In this document: piece by piece, positions 1 through 14,050 of the stretch
Numbering within the stretch: the first letter of the stretch is position 1
Layout: each line of letters begins with the position of its first letter
Assembly (NCBI GenBank): GCA_964035545.1
Contig: OZ037767.1
Location: 8,504,581 to 8,568,580, forward strand
Source: Bugula neritina
Lineage: Eukaryota; Animalia; Bryozoa
Direction: 5' to 3'
Length of the DNA stretch: 64,000 nucleotides
The notes under the pieces: generated by a model
What the model saw: only the letters and a program-made list of their open reading frames with translations
Database searches by the model: none
Told to the model about the DNA's origin: nothing
Program-made: the position numbers and the translations under genes

Positions 1-100
1 TGTGGTACTAATACTAACAGTGTGGTACTAATACTGACAGTTTGGTACTAATACTAGCAGTGTGGTACTAATACTGACAGTTTGGTACTAATACTGACAG
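1..100. repeat. 20-bp tandem repeat (TGTGGTACTAATACTGACAG), ~5 copies, intronic
   Basis: Directly visible tandem units; runs off the window edge. Confidence 0.9.
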
Positions 101-125
101 GCTGTTGAATTCCATCTGGTCTTAC

Positions 126-3100
126 CTTTAGTGAATGAGCGAATCGGTTAACAGCCTCAGCATGCTCTAGTCTCTCTTTAGCAATGGCTTCCATGTCGGC
201 CTTCAACAGTAACTTTGCTGAGTCCATTTCTTCTCTCTGCAAAGTAACATATTTATTATATATAGACTAGTACAGTAGAGAGAGTGTAGTCGATTCACTG
301 CAACTAAATGCACAGGTTTAAATTTCCCTGAAGATGCTCCACAAAAACTTAAAGAATATAACGTGAACACCTCATAACTAGTAGCACTTCAAGCATGTAT
401 TACAATAATAAACTATTCAAAAGTACAAATCTAAATCGAAACATACAGCCTAACTAGACTATGGGTGAAAGTAACAACTTTGGTGAGATGGCGGAAGTCA
501 TGAGTATAGTTACCAACAACCAAACCACCACCTCAGCATATGATACAAACCTGTGAGCCGAGCTGCTGCCTGACATCACTAATCTGCTGGTGTAGATCAC
601 ATTTCTCCATCTCATGCTCCTTCCTCAGGGTGTTTACTATAGACTCATGCTGCTCCCTCATCCTTTCCACCGTGTCGCTGCTTCCCAGAGCAAATATCTG
701 GGCATTCAGACTTTCTATGCTGGACTCCGCAGAGCTGAGCTCGTCTCTCAGCTGCAACATTCACTCTCAAGTATAGAGAGTACTTTAACTAAATGACTCA
801 TTTCTAAGCTAGCAATTAATTAGTCACTAACACAAGCATGGAATGAAATAGAGAAGTAGTATAAAGGCCTATTTACATTTGAACATTTCGATAACAGAGC
901 CAAATTTTACAATCAGCATTTACAAAAACAGATAAACCTAGATAAATCAATGTTTTCCAAAATATATTACCCTGATTGGTTGGGCAAATTAAAGATTATG
1001 TATTTACAAGTAATATTTCTTCAGATAAGACTGGGTTGTAAGCACCATTTTGTTGACAGTCAGTTTCAACGACAACTATAAAAGTAGAGTTTCTTCACAA
1101 AGCCAGACATCATTGCAGGAAGACTGCATTGTCTCTCCGCCAACTCACCTGGTCACGCTCTGTCACCAAAGCGCTATTCATTTCCTCCAACGAATTCAAC
1201 TTCTTCTGCAGCTCAAATCTGGCTTCTTTATTCTGAGTCAACAAGTCTTGGGTCTGTTTGAGACTAGACTCACAGCCCTGCTTAGCTCCTAAAAGTGGAA
1301 AACTAACAGTTATTCTACTCAACTTTACAGCACAAGTATGGGCAGACAACTACAAAATTCCCACATAACTATCATTGGATGACAAAACTAATGTTGAACC
1401 AATCACAACCTAGAGTGACTAGTCAAGTAACTGATGCTTCATACCAGGCCCAAGTTTCTGTTCATTTAGAAACAAATGAATGACATTTCAAAACTCAAAT
1501 TCCTAGAATCTAGAATCTAAATTAATCTTGTTACTGAAATTTAGAGCTACTCATTCCATAGTAAAAAAAACCACTATAACTAAACACCACAGCCACGGGT
1601 AATTTGAACCTGGCTTAACACTAAATAAAACCAAGTTAAGATGTGGATGCTGTACCCCACCTAGTGATTTCTTTCACATTCTTGTAGCTAAACATTCCAA
1701 TGGATACATACATGTATAAGAACTATGTTACTTGACACTCCAAAATACAGTTAGTTTTTAAGGAAAATAATCACATTTACAGGAACAGAAATATTGACTA
1801 AGCACAACCAATAATCTATATAATCTATATGCACTACGTCTCCATTGCATTGAATGGATGCTCATACAGATGGATTTATGGTTGTGGTTTGATTCAATGC
1901 AACTGTTCTCAAACATCGAATGAAAAATCCATTCGCTTAATGCGAAGCAATGGAAACGCAGTGAAAGTCCATACCTTCAAGCAGGGCTACTTCATGGCGT
2001 AGTATTCTCAACTCTTTAGAACTGTCCAGCTGCAAAAGTTCATATTTTTCTTGAAGTTCTTGTAGTTGTCTACTCTTAGCTTGATAGAGGATTTCTATAT
2101 GTGTATTCTTAGCTCCTGCACCTACACATATACAACATACTCCACTGTAGCGAGAAAGTCAGATCATGATAGAAATGGCAGGCAACCATATTATTATATA
2201 AGATATTATTAATATGAGCAGTAATTCAACAGAATATGTGTGGTTAGGAGTTACCTTCTTTGAAGTAAACATCTTGCAGCTTCTCCATGTTTCCAAAACC
2301 TGTATACAATGTGTTCTCGATGTCACTATTGCCTGTCAAATGTCGCTCAGCGGTGACAGTACGTGAGGAGTCGTTCTCCATAACATTGCCAGCAGTTGGC
2401 AGGTGCTCATGACTCATCTTATGATAGAGAGGGGTGGACTGAATACCTCCAAGAACACAAGATTTGGTGTTACACTCACTGCTGGACGCGTGGGATGATT
2501 GAGGCGAGGGGTAGGCGCCACTGTATCTATCCACCACTGGTCTCGGCTGGAGGTATGCTGGCTGTTGGTTTTTATGCTGAGTCTGCTGGCAGGCAGACAC
2601 GCTGTCAGTGTCGGAGTGTTGAGTAATATTGCTGTCGTGCGATACTCTAGACGTGTGGTCAGTCTCTTGAAACAAAGTATCGCCGGCTGACGTGGCACAC
2701 GTGTACGGTGTCTGAGGCGCTGCTGGTGCAGAGATACCCGGAGAACTGTATCTTCTCTGTATCATGGGGGTTACTAGTGGTGGAGCTCTGCTTTCAGAGA
2801 GAGGGGTTGACGCGTGCTGGTCGAATTTAGCGTCACTCCACTGAGCTCGTTGTCTACGTGAAGAGATACAAATCAGGTGTAAAAATAATTGCATTTTATA
2901 TTATATATTAAGCATTGAGCAAAATATTTGACAGCCATAGCTGATGTAGCTACACTGAAATATTTAAACTCACTCAAGTCACTATCCCTGTGAGAACCCT
3001 TCATAATGGAAGGGGTTTTGTTAAATTGGGCTAAGGACTTATTCAGATGAGGCACAGGAGCAATTATGACTGGATGCTTTTATTAACATCACCAATGGCC

Positions 3101-6100
3101 TTTACTGGAGGTAAAACCCCTGACCTTGTGTTTACTAAGCCAATGCTCTAAGGCCCAAGCCCTTAAACTGAAAGATTTACAACTCACCCTATTTCATCCG
3201 AATGTCTGCCAGAATCTCTTGAGTCATCACTGTGGAATGAACAAGTTTCGTCTGCATCCATGTCATCGAAAGCATATGCTAGTAGATCTTTTAGCTGCAA
3301 CCATATTCCAAGATATTCACATATTACACATCACAAGCCTTGCTTGCAGAGAAAAGATTAGGCTAAATACAGGCTTAGACTTTTATACCAAACATAGTGG
3401 AGGCACAAACAAGAAAACTTTCTTTTATTCTAACTTAAAATAATTATAATAAACATATATTTAATGCTTCACTTAGACAAAAACTAACTATTTTTATAAC
3501 TTTGGACAATACCTTTTTTGTTATCCTATGTTTCTAATAGTGAAAAGAGTTTGCACATAAAAGAGACCGAGTTTAATCTGTAATGTGTGAGAAATACAAT
3601 TTAATAACTCATTAAACTGGCAGCACAAAACATATATCAAAAGGCCAGTGAACTAAACCTAAAAGTAGTACGATAATTTTTGCCCACATCACACTCTAAC
3701 ATAGTGATTATAATGTATAAACGAAATTATTCAGGGGAAGGCAACTCCAAGAAAATACATGGTGTTTTAATACATTTACAGGTTTTTAATGAGAGATATC
3801 CTTTTAGTTAAAGAGTTATCGCTTCAATCTTGTAAAGTTGCCTCCACTTATCTGACTGTGATATGTTAGAAAATTTAGTTGCAAATACTTGGGCTACCAC
3901 TTTGTCGGTTGTCAAAGTTAAATTCATCAATTAAAAATAATGTATATATTAGTTGCAGCACATATATGTTTGTTTTCAAAAACTATGTACATTACATGTT
4001 TACAAGGGTGTTTTACAAGATATAAATACACCATCCTCTCTCTCCACCAACAGTAATAATGGTATAATTTCAATTTAACACAAATACTGAGAGCAATTCA
4101 TTTTTTTCTTAGTGATGTAATACAAGTTTTGACAAGCAACTTTATTTTTCTACCTCCTTGGTGTGTGAGCATCTCAGCACAGATTAGCCCAAACCCCAAC
4201 TGAGTAAGAGCTGACATGAGACTGATGCAAAAAAACTGAAAATGTAGGCCACATAAAGGATAGTGTGAGAGAACATGAGAGAGTAGCATAACTCATGCAT
4301 ACTTGTTAGAATGAATATGATGCAGATGGTCAATGAAGGGAATTGTTTGGTCTACCGGGTCATTGTTTAGAATTAATATAAGTCAACAAGTTTTCTTAAG
4401 TCATTCAATGAAACATATGAATTGAAACTTAATGAAAACAACACGACAAGCTATTTTATTGGTGGACAAATGGAAAGGGAAGCTATCTTTTTCTTATCAA
4501 TCTAGGCTAAACAAGCAAAAATCCTATTAAGATCCTAGGGAACATATCTGAAGTGGCCTAATCTAGCGTAGCCAACAACTCTGCAAACAAACAAATACGC
4601 AATTTACACGCCTGTTATCCACACTGTGTAATGCATTGTGTACATGAACTAACTTCTTTAATGACACTGTAAGTGTGGTGAGAAAATATGCATTTCTGCA
4701 ATGGGTCAAGATTACTGCTGCTTAATACAGAATTTCCTCCAACTAAAATTAGGACAAGCTTCATAGCAATGATGCAGGTGCTAGAGTCTAGACACCAGCT
4801 ATATAACAAGGACTCAAGTGCTAGTAATAATCAATTGAGTCATCAAATTTTAAAAACCTCACAAAAATTGCTCAAATTTATTGAAAGCAATACTAAAATT
4901 TTGCTTATCATCTAAACAAAATTGGCATCTAATAATTCTTTTACTAGAAACTTGAGGTTTACCCAACTCAAAATAAGATATCATAATAAAAACCATCAAT
5001 AACACATAATTATTATTTATAATTTTATTATTTAAATAGTGCACACAACCCTAAAAACATCATAGGGGGAGGAAGAGTTCGAGAGAGAGCACAACTAGAC
5101 AGAATTGGGTATCAGAATTTTAGTGCCAGGAGACTATGCTTACTTATTTCAAGTCTATGATAGTGAAAAAACTTTATTATGAGCATTGCCCCATAATACA
5201 GGGTTAGAAAAATGAAATAAAATTTTGAATAAATCACCCAAATAGATGACACATCCATGTACTTGGCAAAATCAATGTTTTTGTTCACAACAGAAGAGAG
5301 CATAGCCTGCTTTTACAAGAAGAGCTGGCATTTGCATTGACTATAAGGAGCAAAGTGATGATACTACTGATGCAAGTACATTATTATAATTTTTAATTTG
5401 CAGGCGGTGAATTGAAGGTTAGTTATTCACTGTACAATGTGTACATACTCATACTTTACTTGAACTGTCATAAAACTTAAACACCATCCAAAATTATAAA
5501 GTAGAAAATACATCCGGAAAATTATCTCAACTCTCACCATTAAAAACACATCCATAAAAATGATTCCACTTACTTGTGACTCTAGTTTTAAGCTCACTTT
5601 TGTTTAAAGTCCCTATCCCTGTGAGAATGCCTGATTATAAATGTTTTTAAATAAGCTAAAAACCTTGCTGGCAATATGGTTTGGGGGCTTTTATTATGGC
5701 ACAAAAACAATCATGATGCTCTTCCTGATACTAAACGGTGACCTGTATAATACTAGGTCACGCTTTAACCACTAGCCCACAGCTGCTCCCTGTGACTTTT
5801 AGTTTAAATTCAACTTTATTATTTGGGCTCAGTTATGGGTAAAAACTGAAACAACTACAATGATAATTATAAGAGGAAGAGTAATTAAATGAAACACCAA
5901 TTTCAAAGATATATATCCCGAAGATATATACATCATGTATATACTTTTATAACCTACTTAAAGATAGGTTGAGTAAAACTTAAGCTTAAAATATAAAAAA
6001 ACACTTAAAAAGAAAAAATGACAAACACAATGTGAAGCAATCAAAAATACTAAATTATAACCTTGGCTATAAAACAGTTACAAGCAAAAATGAATTACCA

Positions 6101-6992
6101 AAAGTAAATGAGGATAATCCTAACCATAATGATAATCATAATGGTAAACCATGACTGTGAGTTAACTATTACAAAACCGCAATGTTATGTTTATAATGAC
6201 AATAAAAAATTATAATTTTCATTATTATTATGATTATGTTGAACTTGAACTCAAGATTTTCTACTCATTAAATTTAGTGACTAGTTTTAGATTTACTTAT
6301 AGTTTAATTTTCTCTAATTTTAAGGCTAAGCAGTGAGCATATGGTAATTAACTTTAGCTTTTAGGAGCTTAGGTGTTCATTTTAAATTGATTTAATTGCT
6401 ATTACTATTACCATTACTAATACTATTAGTATTACCATTACTCAGTAATGCCATTAATAATACTAACACTAATCACTTGAAGTTCAAGTTAAAGTTGTTG
6501 GCTGATGCTTTAGACCTGGCCTTGCTCTTTTAAGCCAACCTAAAAGTAAATCTATTACTATTAGCATTAATATTACTATTATTAATATTATAGTTATTAG
6601 TAGTAATAGTAAATCAAAATGTAATAGTCACTAATACTAATACTAATAGTAATAGTATAAGTATAATAATATTAATAATCAATATCATAATCATAATGAT
6701 ATTATTATTTAGTAATCAATAACTTAATATTTAAACTTTAATTATTCATTAATATAAGAACATCAACATTTATTTTACAAAACTAAAATAACTATAAGAA
6801 ATGAAACTAAATCGTTATCACCTACTCCTAGTCCTATCCCACTTTTAACTTTAGCTTCAAGTTTAATAACAATAACTTATCCTAATCCTATCGTACCTGC
6901 TGTTGGCGTTCATCTTCTTCTAATTTTAATTCTTCTTCTTGCTCTTCTTGTACACGATTACCATCAAATAACATGCTTTGTGATGCTGCCAT
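126..6992 (-). CDS. CEP152: Centrosomal protein CEP152/Asterless-like, 5' portion; gene continues past the left edge
   Basis: In-frame GT-AG exons 6992-6897, 3294-3188, 2853-2255, 2121-1975, 1288-1149, 751-551, 236-126. The N-terminus MAASQSMLFDG..EEQEEELKLEEDERQQQ/LKDLLAYAFDDMD resembles the acidic Plk4-binding N-terminus of CEP152. IEILYQAKSRQLQEL..LRILRHEV and ERMREQHESIV match CEP152 coiled-coil motifs as recalled. Confidence 0.85.
1832..1963. mobile_element. Short MITE-like element with CACTGCGTTTCCAT-type terminal inverted repeats (copy 1)
   Basis: Starts CACTACGTCTCCATTG and ends CAATGGAAACGCAGTG; homologous in inverted orientation to 20637-20800. Confidence 0.7.
2965..3155 (-). mobile_element. 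tRNA-derived SINE copy
   Basis: Reverse-complement homology to the SINE at 19593-19797 (CCCTGTGAGAA tail, ATGACTGGATGCT core, CATCACCAATGGCC). Confidence 0.8.
5590..5790 (-). mobile_element. tRNA-derived SINE copy (degenerate)
   Basis: ATCCCTGTGAGAA tail, GATGCTCTTCCT core and ..CACAGCTGCTCCC head, as in the other copies. Confidence 0.7.
6100..6890. repeat. 3/6-bp periodic low-complexity mosaic, CEP152 intron 1
   Basis: Drifting ACTAAT/AGTAAT/AATCAT/AAGTTC hexamers. Confidence 0.75.
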
Positions 6993-7450
6993 GTTGATTA
7001 GACCTATAACTTAAATGCATATGTAAAGATAAAAATTTGCGCTAAAGTTCATTTTGCGAAAATCGACATAGTAAATTTCGAAGTCAGCGCCATCTCGATT
7101 TTTTGTCTATATCCTGTGTAAAGAAAACAAATGACGTCTAAGAAATTAAGCTAGTTATGCTCTATATAACTGAATTCTGAAAACAATCCTACAACTGGTG
7201 AAACAAAGGATGTTCTTAGAGATCAGTTATCGAAACTTAGCTTTGTGACCTTGACCAAATTTTAATAAAATAATTCTACTAATTTATTGGGAAAAACTGG
7301 AATCTTTGCTAGTGTAATTTGAGAATACAGGCATTGTTTACAATCGATCCCGCTGAACTTCTAGTCCATTGCTCGATACCTTTCCAATGGAATAATTATA
7401 AACAATAGCCATGTAACTGTTAGTGATGGTACATATGCATTCAGCATTGT
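6993..7450. promoter_or_regulatory. Bidirectional promoter region CEP152 / nucleoredoxin-like
   Basis: Lies between divergent genes and is locally CpG-richer. GCGCCATCT (YY1/CTCF-like) at ~7087; TGACGT (CRE-like) at ~7132. Confidence 0.6.
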
Positions 7451-7469
7451 ATGCTGCTGCTACATACTT

Positions 7470-8400
7470 AGACTATTAGTATTACTATTAGTGAGTATTA
7501 CTATTAGTATTAAATTTATCTAATTCTAGATCAATATCAATAAGTGAATATGATTATAATAGAAATGTGTGGTATTAAATCATAAATGCCCAGTAATACT
7601 AATAGTGAAGTAATACTAATTCAGTAATTGTAAATGAGTAAATGTAATCAGAGCGAGAGTCAAAGTGGTTGCAATGCCAATTACATTTAATAAAATTAAA
7701 TTATCTTTATTTTAGTAATAAAATTAAATATGCTACTAATAGAAATAGTATTACTGTAATAGTAATACTAATAGTAATGCTAATAGTAAAAAATAGTATT
7801 ACCTACTCTTATACTTATAATAATACTAATAGTAATTATATAGTCTATAAGTATAACTATAACTATTGGTATGAACTATGTTTAAACATACTGATAGTGA
7901 TAAGTGATACTCGTACTGATAGTGATACTCTGAGAGTTTAAAATAGCTACAACTAATAATAATAGTAATACTTATACTTATAGTTTTTCTTATTACTTAT
8001 CGGTTATACTAATACTTCAACTTGTAGTTATGCTAAACTCACAGGGTCACAACTAACTACTACATCACTAGTCCGATACCTGTAAGTATCTCTCTCTCTT
8101 TGCTATAAGCTATAAGTATAAGTACAACTGCTATACTTATAACTCTAGTCTCTAAGTATCAGTGTATAAATTATAAATATCTGATGGTAAGTCTGTAAGT
8201 TTAATCATAATCATAATGATGATCTTCGAATTTGAATTTGAATCTAGTGGAAGTTCATTCAGCTTTAGGAGAATTATCATTTAATTAAATCAAATTCAAT
8301 AAAATAAAGTAGTATGATAGTTTAAGTGATTGACTTTAGGTTGAAGTTATAACTTATATCGTCTATAATATTAATTAATGTAAATGAATAAATTTAACCC
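7470..8400. repeat. 3/6-bp periodic low-complexity mosaic upstream of the nucleoredoxin-like ATG exon
   Basis: AGTAAT/ACTAAT/ACTTAT/AATCAT hexamers. Confidence 0.75.
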
Positions 8401-8594
8401 ATGTGCCAGTTTTATGAGTAGTAATCATTGAAATATTATTTCTAATTTAACTTGTTTCATTTGCAATGTTACACTACATATATTCATTTTAGTGCTATGA
8501 AATTATTTCTTAATCACGACAATGTTTATGCTGCTCTTGGTAATAAATTGCATGATGGTGATGAAACCAATTAGCATTTTTTAAATTTTAGGCT

Positions 8595-10370
8595 ATGGAT
8601 GTTGCTGATTTGCTTGCAGAAGAAGCTTGCAGTTGTCTGCTCCATGGTTGTGATGTTAAAGATAAAAAGTACCAGTCAAATAAAGGACACGATGTTATCT
8701 TAAATAAAACTGTAGCCCTCTACTTTACTTCAAATTGGTGTGAACCTTGCCATACATTTACAAGGGTGCTTAGTCAGGTAAATAAAAGTGTAATAGTTGA
8801 AATATCGTCTTATATATTTGATTTTGTTGTTTATTGAGAAGAATTTGGAATTTACTCTAACATAATTTTGTTTAATAAGATAAGTTTTCGTTGTTTCTGA
8901 AGCAATGTGAAATTTTTTTTAGACTTACCAATTAGTTGAAAAGAGAGCATCAGAGATAGTTGTTATCAATGTACCTATTGAAAGTGATTTGGACGAAGCC
9001 AAGTATTGCTTTAAGACAATGCCGGATACTTGGTACACAATTTCTCATGATAATCAGCATGTCAAGTAAGGTTTCATCCTCTAAAATAATTTCAATTATA
9101 AGTAATTTCTGATAACGTTCAGGTTAGTGTAATATATATACATAAAACACTAAATACATAGACAGATAAGAGATGTTTGATGGTTTATTTTCTATTATGT
9201 TCGAGTTGAATTTCTAAGATTTCATTGTAGTTTCTCTTATTTGTTGTCATCTTTGTAGGGTTTGTTCTAACTTTAACATACTCTAAAGCTGGAATGATTA
9301 TTTCATAGTTTTCGAATTGTTATTAAAGTGAACAGCTAATTAATTGTTTTGAACAGCTCTGACATAATGCTTCTAATATGAACTATACTTAGTGCAAGGT
9401 GGTGATTTGCTACGTAATATGGTATTGGGCAGTTGAAGTTTGAGAAATTGTTTATGCCATGAAATTAATAGGACATCTTACAGGCAAGCCTTGCAGAGGT
9501 CTAACTTTGTACCTGTAGATAATGTTTTTCCAATTTTGGAAAAAAAATAGTTTTTAAACTATTTTTCTCACTATATCACCCATTTCACAAGAATTAAAAT
9601 GTTATCTTGTATGTTAATAATTATACTTGAAGGGTGCTTATTAGTAAGTTCAACATTCAAACTGTGCCGAAGCTAGTTGTGTGCAAGGGAGATGGTTCAG
9701 TTATCACTTATAGAGGTAGATCAGAAGTGGAATCCAAGTTAGCTTTAGCTGTCTACAACTGGCTGGATGCTGCAAAACCTAAACCAGCAACTAAACAAGT
9801 GATCAATGGATTTGTGAGTATGCATTTGTGTCTTGCCACAGTAAATCTAGCAAGTATTCCTTCTTTTAATTTTTCTATGAAAATACAGGACTTTTAGTGT
9901 CATCAGAAGTAAATAATGAATACATTAATGACTATAAGTACTCTAAATGTAATATTGGTATTAGCTTATTTGGCAGTTTCATAAATATGCGTGTATTATG
10001 TGTATACATGATAAAAGAAATAAAATGTAAATAGTGAGGGTCTAAACTCAGCTTGTTATAATAATGTATGTATATATATGTACATAAGACAGCTTGTTGC
10101 AGTGATATATGCATGTATATATGTACACGAGACAGCTTGTTGCAGTGATATATGCATGTATATATGTACATAAGACAGCTTGTTGCAGTGATATATGCAT
10201 GTATATATATGTACATAAGACAGCTTGTTGCAGTGATATATGTATGTATATATGTACATGAGACAGCTTGTTGCAGTGATATATGTACGTATATATGTAC
10301 ATAAGACAGCTTGTTTGTTTTTTAGGAAATAGATGATGTCCCTGTAGAGGAAACTGCAAAAGATAAGTGA
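8595..10370 (+). CDS. Nucleoredoxin-like (NXNL2/tryparedoxin-type) single thioredoxin-domain protein
   Basis: Exons 8595-8777, 8923-9065, 9633-9813 and a probable last exon ~10326-10370 (EIDDVPVEETAKDK*). Motifs KTVALYFTSNWCEPC..FT, EIVVI, W..I, KFNIQTVPKLVVCKGDGSVITYRGR are typical of the TryX/NRX-like family. Confidence 0.85.
10067..10312. repeat. ~42-44 bp minisatellite (ATGTATATATGTACATAAGACAGCTTGTTGCAGTGATATATGC), ~5.5 copies
   Basis: Visible tandem units in the last intron of the nucleoredoxin-like gene. Confidence 0.9.
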
Positions 10371-11243
10371 AAGAATTAAGAGTTGCTGAGGTTTGAATGA
10401 AACAAATGTTAGTGTGGTGAATATTATCATGCCATTTATCTCATAGCTTCAAAGGGGAATATTGATTTCTGACTAACATAAAGACTAAAACTTCTAGTTT
10501 GTGAAACTGTTGTGCTGGTTACACTCACAACGCTATCAGAAACAATTGGTATTGTGTGAGAGCTTACTATTTCAATGTGGAAATTGTTCAATAACACTTT
10601 TTAGCCTTATTTTGCTTTGAAGGTACCATTTTGCACTACATGGCTTGTGAATTGCATTATTAAATACTGCAGTGATGAAAATCAACTTGTCAAAAAATTA
10701 TATGGGTTTACCACTAATGTAACATGATTATTTATTTTGTAATTATTTGTATAATAGCAATATGCAATAGTTTAGGTTTTTCCATTTCAACATTTGCCAC
10801 TAGTTGTCCGTCCTAACTCTTTTTGCCCATTTCCAGCCATTTTGTGTATACACACCACTGTTTTCAGTATAAAATGAAGTATCTATTTCGATATTGTATA
10901 TTATATTTTTTATTGTTTACCTTATAAAAATGATTTACAATAAAACTGTTTATTATCTTCCATTAGAAATTCTAAACAATGCAATAAATTAAACATATGT
11001 AGTGTTGCTATCAACCTTAATTCCTGACATCTCATTTTACATACTATAACAACACTTATTTTAAATTTGTGCAACAAATAACTTAGTTACAGCAAAACAT
11101 ATACACAACATATTAAAACATTGTATGCACAGTTTATTGATTAATAAATAAAAATGTAAAAACTATTGTGGTTTAGCATTGGTCACTGTAAGCTGCACAC
11201 TAGTAGAATAGATATACGCATGGATACTCATGGGGAGATGATT

Positions 11244-13934
11244 TCAATCGTCGTCTTCCTCATCTCGAATAACAGGCACCCCTGTTGGTAGAAAACATAT
11301 TCACAATGACATACACAATACAAATCTAATGCTGTCATTGTACTACACTTGAAAAGTAATAGTACGTATGCAGATACTCAAAGGCATAATTTGCAATGAA
11401 ACATCTTCATGTTTTATTTACCTATACATCCAAATATTATATAGTGTTCAATTTGAACTCTACTAGCTGTCAATCACATTATAGAATGCACAATTTTGTT
11501 AAAATGCATCAACACCTGAAAGGTAAAACATGCTAATCAACTTTTCTGTCAGCTCTAATTACTATAAAATACCTAAACGCATGTGTAAAATCTAGCTCAT
11601 ACCGTCGAGTTTCTTTAACTTTACGAGTTTCTTTGCTGCATCATCTCTCCATGTTCCAGCGGCAGTCATTGATTCTTCTAGCGGGTTACCAACAAAGTTG
11701 AGCTCAACTAGACATGGCAAGTCACCCTGTAGAAGAATGTTACAACTGGTGAACAATATCATGGATCACAGGCTACCAACTATAGTAGGTGCCATGGTTA
11801 TGTCATAACTATGCTCTCTAATAAAAAAAAAAACTAAATAAAATAATTTTTAGCTGTAGGAAATAACCTAAAAAACTACTATCAGAAGTGACATTCTAAC
11901 TTTATGACAATAAATTGCTTTGGCCTATTCATGTTCAATGTTCAATATTTTGCATAATTTTGCGTTAAATTGCTGCCTAGTTGACATTATACAAAATAAA
12001 TTTGATGCATGCTAGTGCAATACTCTGTTTATTCCTGGAAAGTAATAACTGAAAATAGGAACTATAGACTAATGAATGTACACAACTTACTAATTTGGAA
12101 AACTCGGCCATGTCTTTAACGGAGTTGTTAGACATATACAGAACTTTCAGCTTTTTCAGCACATTAATTCCTTTGAGTTTCTCAATAAAGTTGTAGGATA
12201 TCCATAGCTCTTCCAGCGTATCTCCAACAGCTTCCAAACCAGTTAAACTTTTTATGCTGTTTCGACCAAGAGACAGTATCTTGAGATTCTCTATAAAAAT
12301 AGCAGTTTACCAACACATTTTTTATAAAGTCTCAAACCTTATTTACAATTTCAACTATCATCAATGTGCAGGCAGCAAGCATTGTGGACATAGTAAAGAA
12401 TGTTTGATGCTTTTTTATTTCCAAAAGCAAAAAACTACAATGTTTGCAAAATAATTTGTGACTTTAAAATGTGTCTAAGAAAGCAAATTGAATGTCTATC
12501 TGCTTTTGTTAACGAAATAAATGTAGGACACTTACTCAAACCATTAAGATTTGCAATCTTTTCTATTTGGTTTGTGGAGAGAGACAACTTTTCACATGCA
12601 GCTAATGTAGAGAGAGAAGCATCCATTTTCTCTATGCAAGGTATTTGTGCATACAGTTTGACTTCTTTCGCTTCTGCAGCTTTGCTTCCATTCTTTTCTT
12701 CCTAAAATATTAAACAATAAACTGATGGTTAAGAGCTTGACTGCATATCTGAAGAACTTTTACATCAAAAATTAATAAAAGCAGTTTATTTACTTCTTCC
12801 TAATTTTCCATAACAAAACTAAATTAAAATTTAAAGTTAAAATTTACTTCATCAAAATTAGCTAGCTTACAGCCATAATTATTTATTAAACTCAAAATAA
12901 ACACCAACAAGTTGATATGTATAGAAGCTACAACTCAAAGTGGTTACATTGTATAACATATATCTTTAAATATTCAACATCATTATTTTAAAACATACCC
13001 ATTTGGCAAGAGCCTCCTTTATAGTTGTTCCTTTTGACTACAAAATAAATTTGAAGAATTAAACATATTTATACAAATAATATTCTTTTAAAGTGCAGAT
13101 ATAAACAAATAAAATAAACCAAATTTAATGCTGAAAACAAAGCTCATATTATAAGCCAACTTGAATTACCCTTATGCAAGTATTAGTTGAATTCCCTTAG
13201 GAAAACTGAAAGTTTAAAAAATGGTGCTCCAGGAAAAAAAGGAGTCATCTCACGTATACATAAACTGCTGTTTTGTTTTAGTAAATTATTAAATCAATAA
13301 TTATGCTATTACAAACATTGGCAGTTATTCACTATTTTTTAAAATTTAAACATGTCAATTTAGTAAAATCCTAGATTCAGCATGCAAAGGATACAAAAGA
13401 AAAATAAACGTAATTTTAAAATGATTATGTTGACAAGAAAAACAGCTACAAATTATAAGTGATACATCCAACAACCACTCTAGAAAGTCATTTTATTTGT
13501 CATAAACTTATCAACAATCAAAACCCAAAGAGTACCTCAACATCAACATGGGCATCCGGCTCTAAAGTTCTCAAGAACCTAGTTCTCCGTGCATAACTAC
13601 TTTCATTATAAAATCGAGATTGCGTCAAGTTGTTAATAATTGTAATTACATTTGCTTTTGGCAATAATTCTACTTAATTTTATTTTTATTTGCGAACACT
13701 ACTGTGTTTTGCCTTTAGAATCTCGTATTGCCGCTACCCAAACAGAAACATAGCATATTAACATTCTAATTCATTTGAAAGGCAGATCAATTTTAGTAAA
13801 ACATAATGTTTTAAAAATATTTAACTACTATTATATAAAATAATTAACAGAATAGAGTTATAAACGCATTTTCTATGAGACAAATATTACAAAGTAATAA
13901 AAATTATGCTTTTTAAAATTTGAACACCCACCAT
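11244..13934 (-). CDS. DNAL1: Dynein axonemal light chain 1 (LRR protein)
   Basis: Exons 13934-13932 (ATG only), 13037-12999, 12701-12536, 12290-12091, 11726-11603, 11281-11244. Translation [119 protein letters not shown] is the highly conserved DNAL1 sequence. Confidence 0.96.
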
Positions 13935-13941
13935 CTTTCTT

Positions 13942-13956
13942 GTATCTGTTAGCAAC
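13942..13956. promoter_or_regulatory. Candidate RFX X-box in the compact DNAL1/MRPS10 bidirectional promoter
   Basis: GTATCTGTTAGCAAC lies immediately upstream of the DNAL1 ATG; RFX factors regulate ciliary genes. Confidence 0.5.
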
Positions 13957-14050
13957 AGTGGTCCGCACTGAATAAACCAAAATACACTGTCAACATAAGT
14001 TGAGCCGTGAATAAAAACCAAATTGCTATTTGGGTAGTACTTTTTTAAAG

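Noticed and set aside
326-370. CTGAAGATG hammerhead-like start
   Set aside because: No stem II or GAAA follows
5060-5350. Possible ancient LINE RT trace (IDFAK motif)
   Set aside because: Too degenerate to support
9932-10430. Repetitive minus-strand ORFs
   Set aside because: Minisatellite translations
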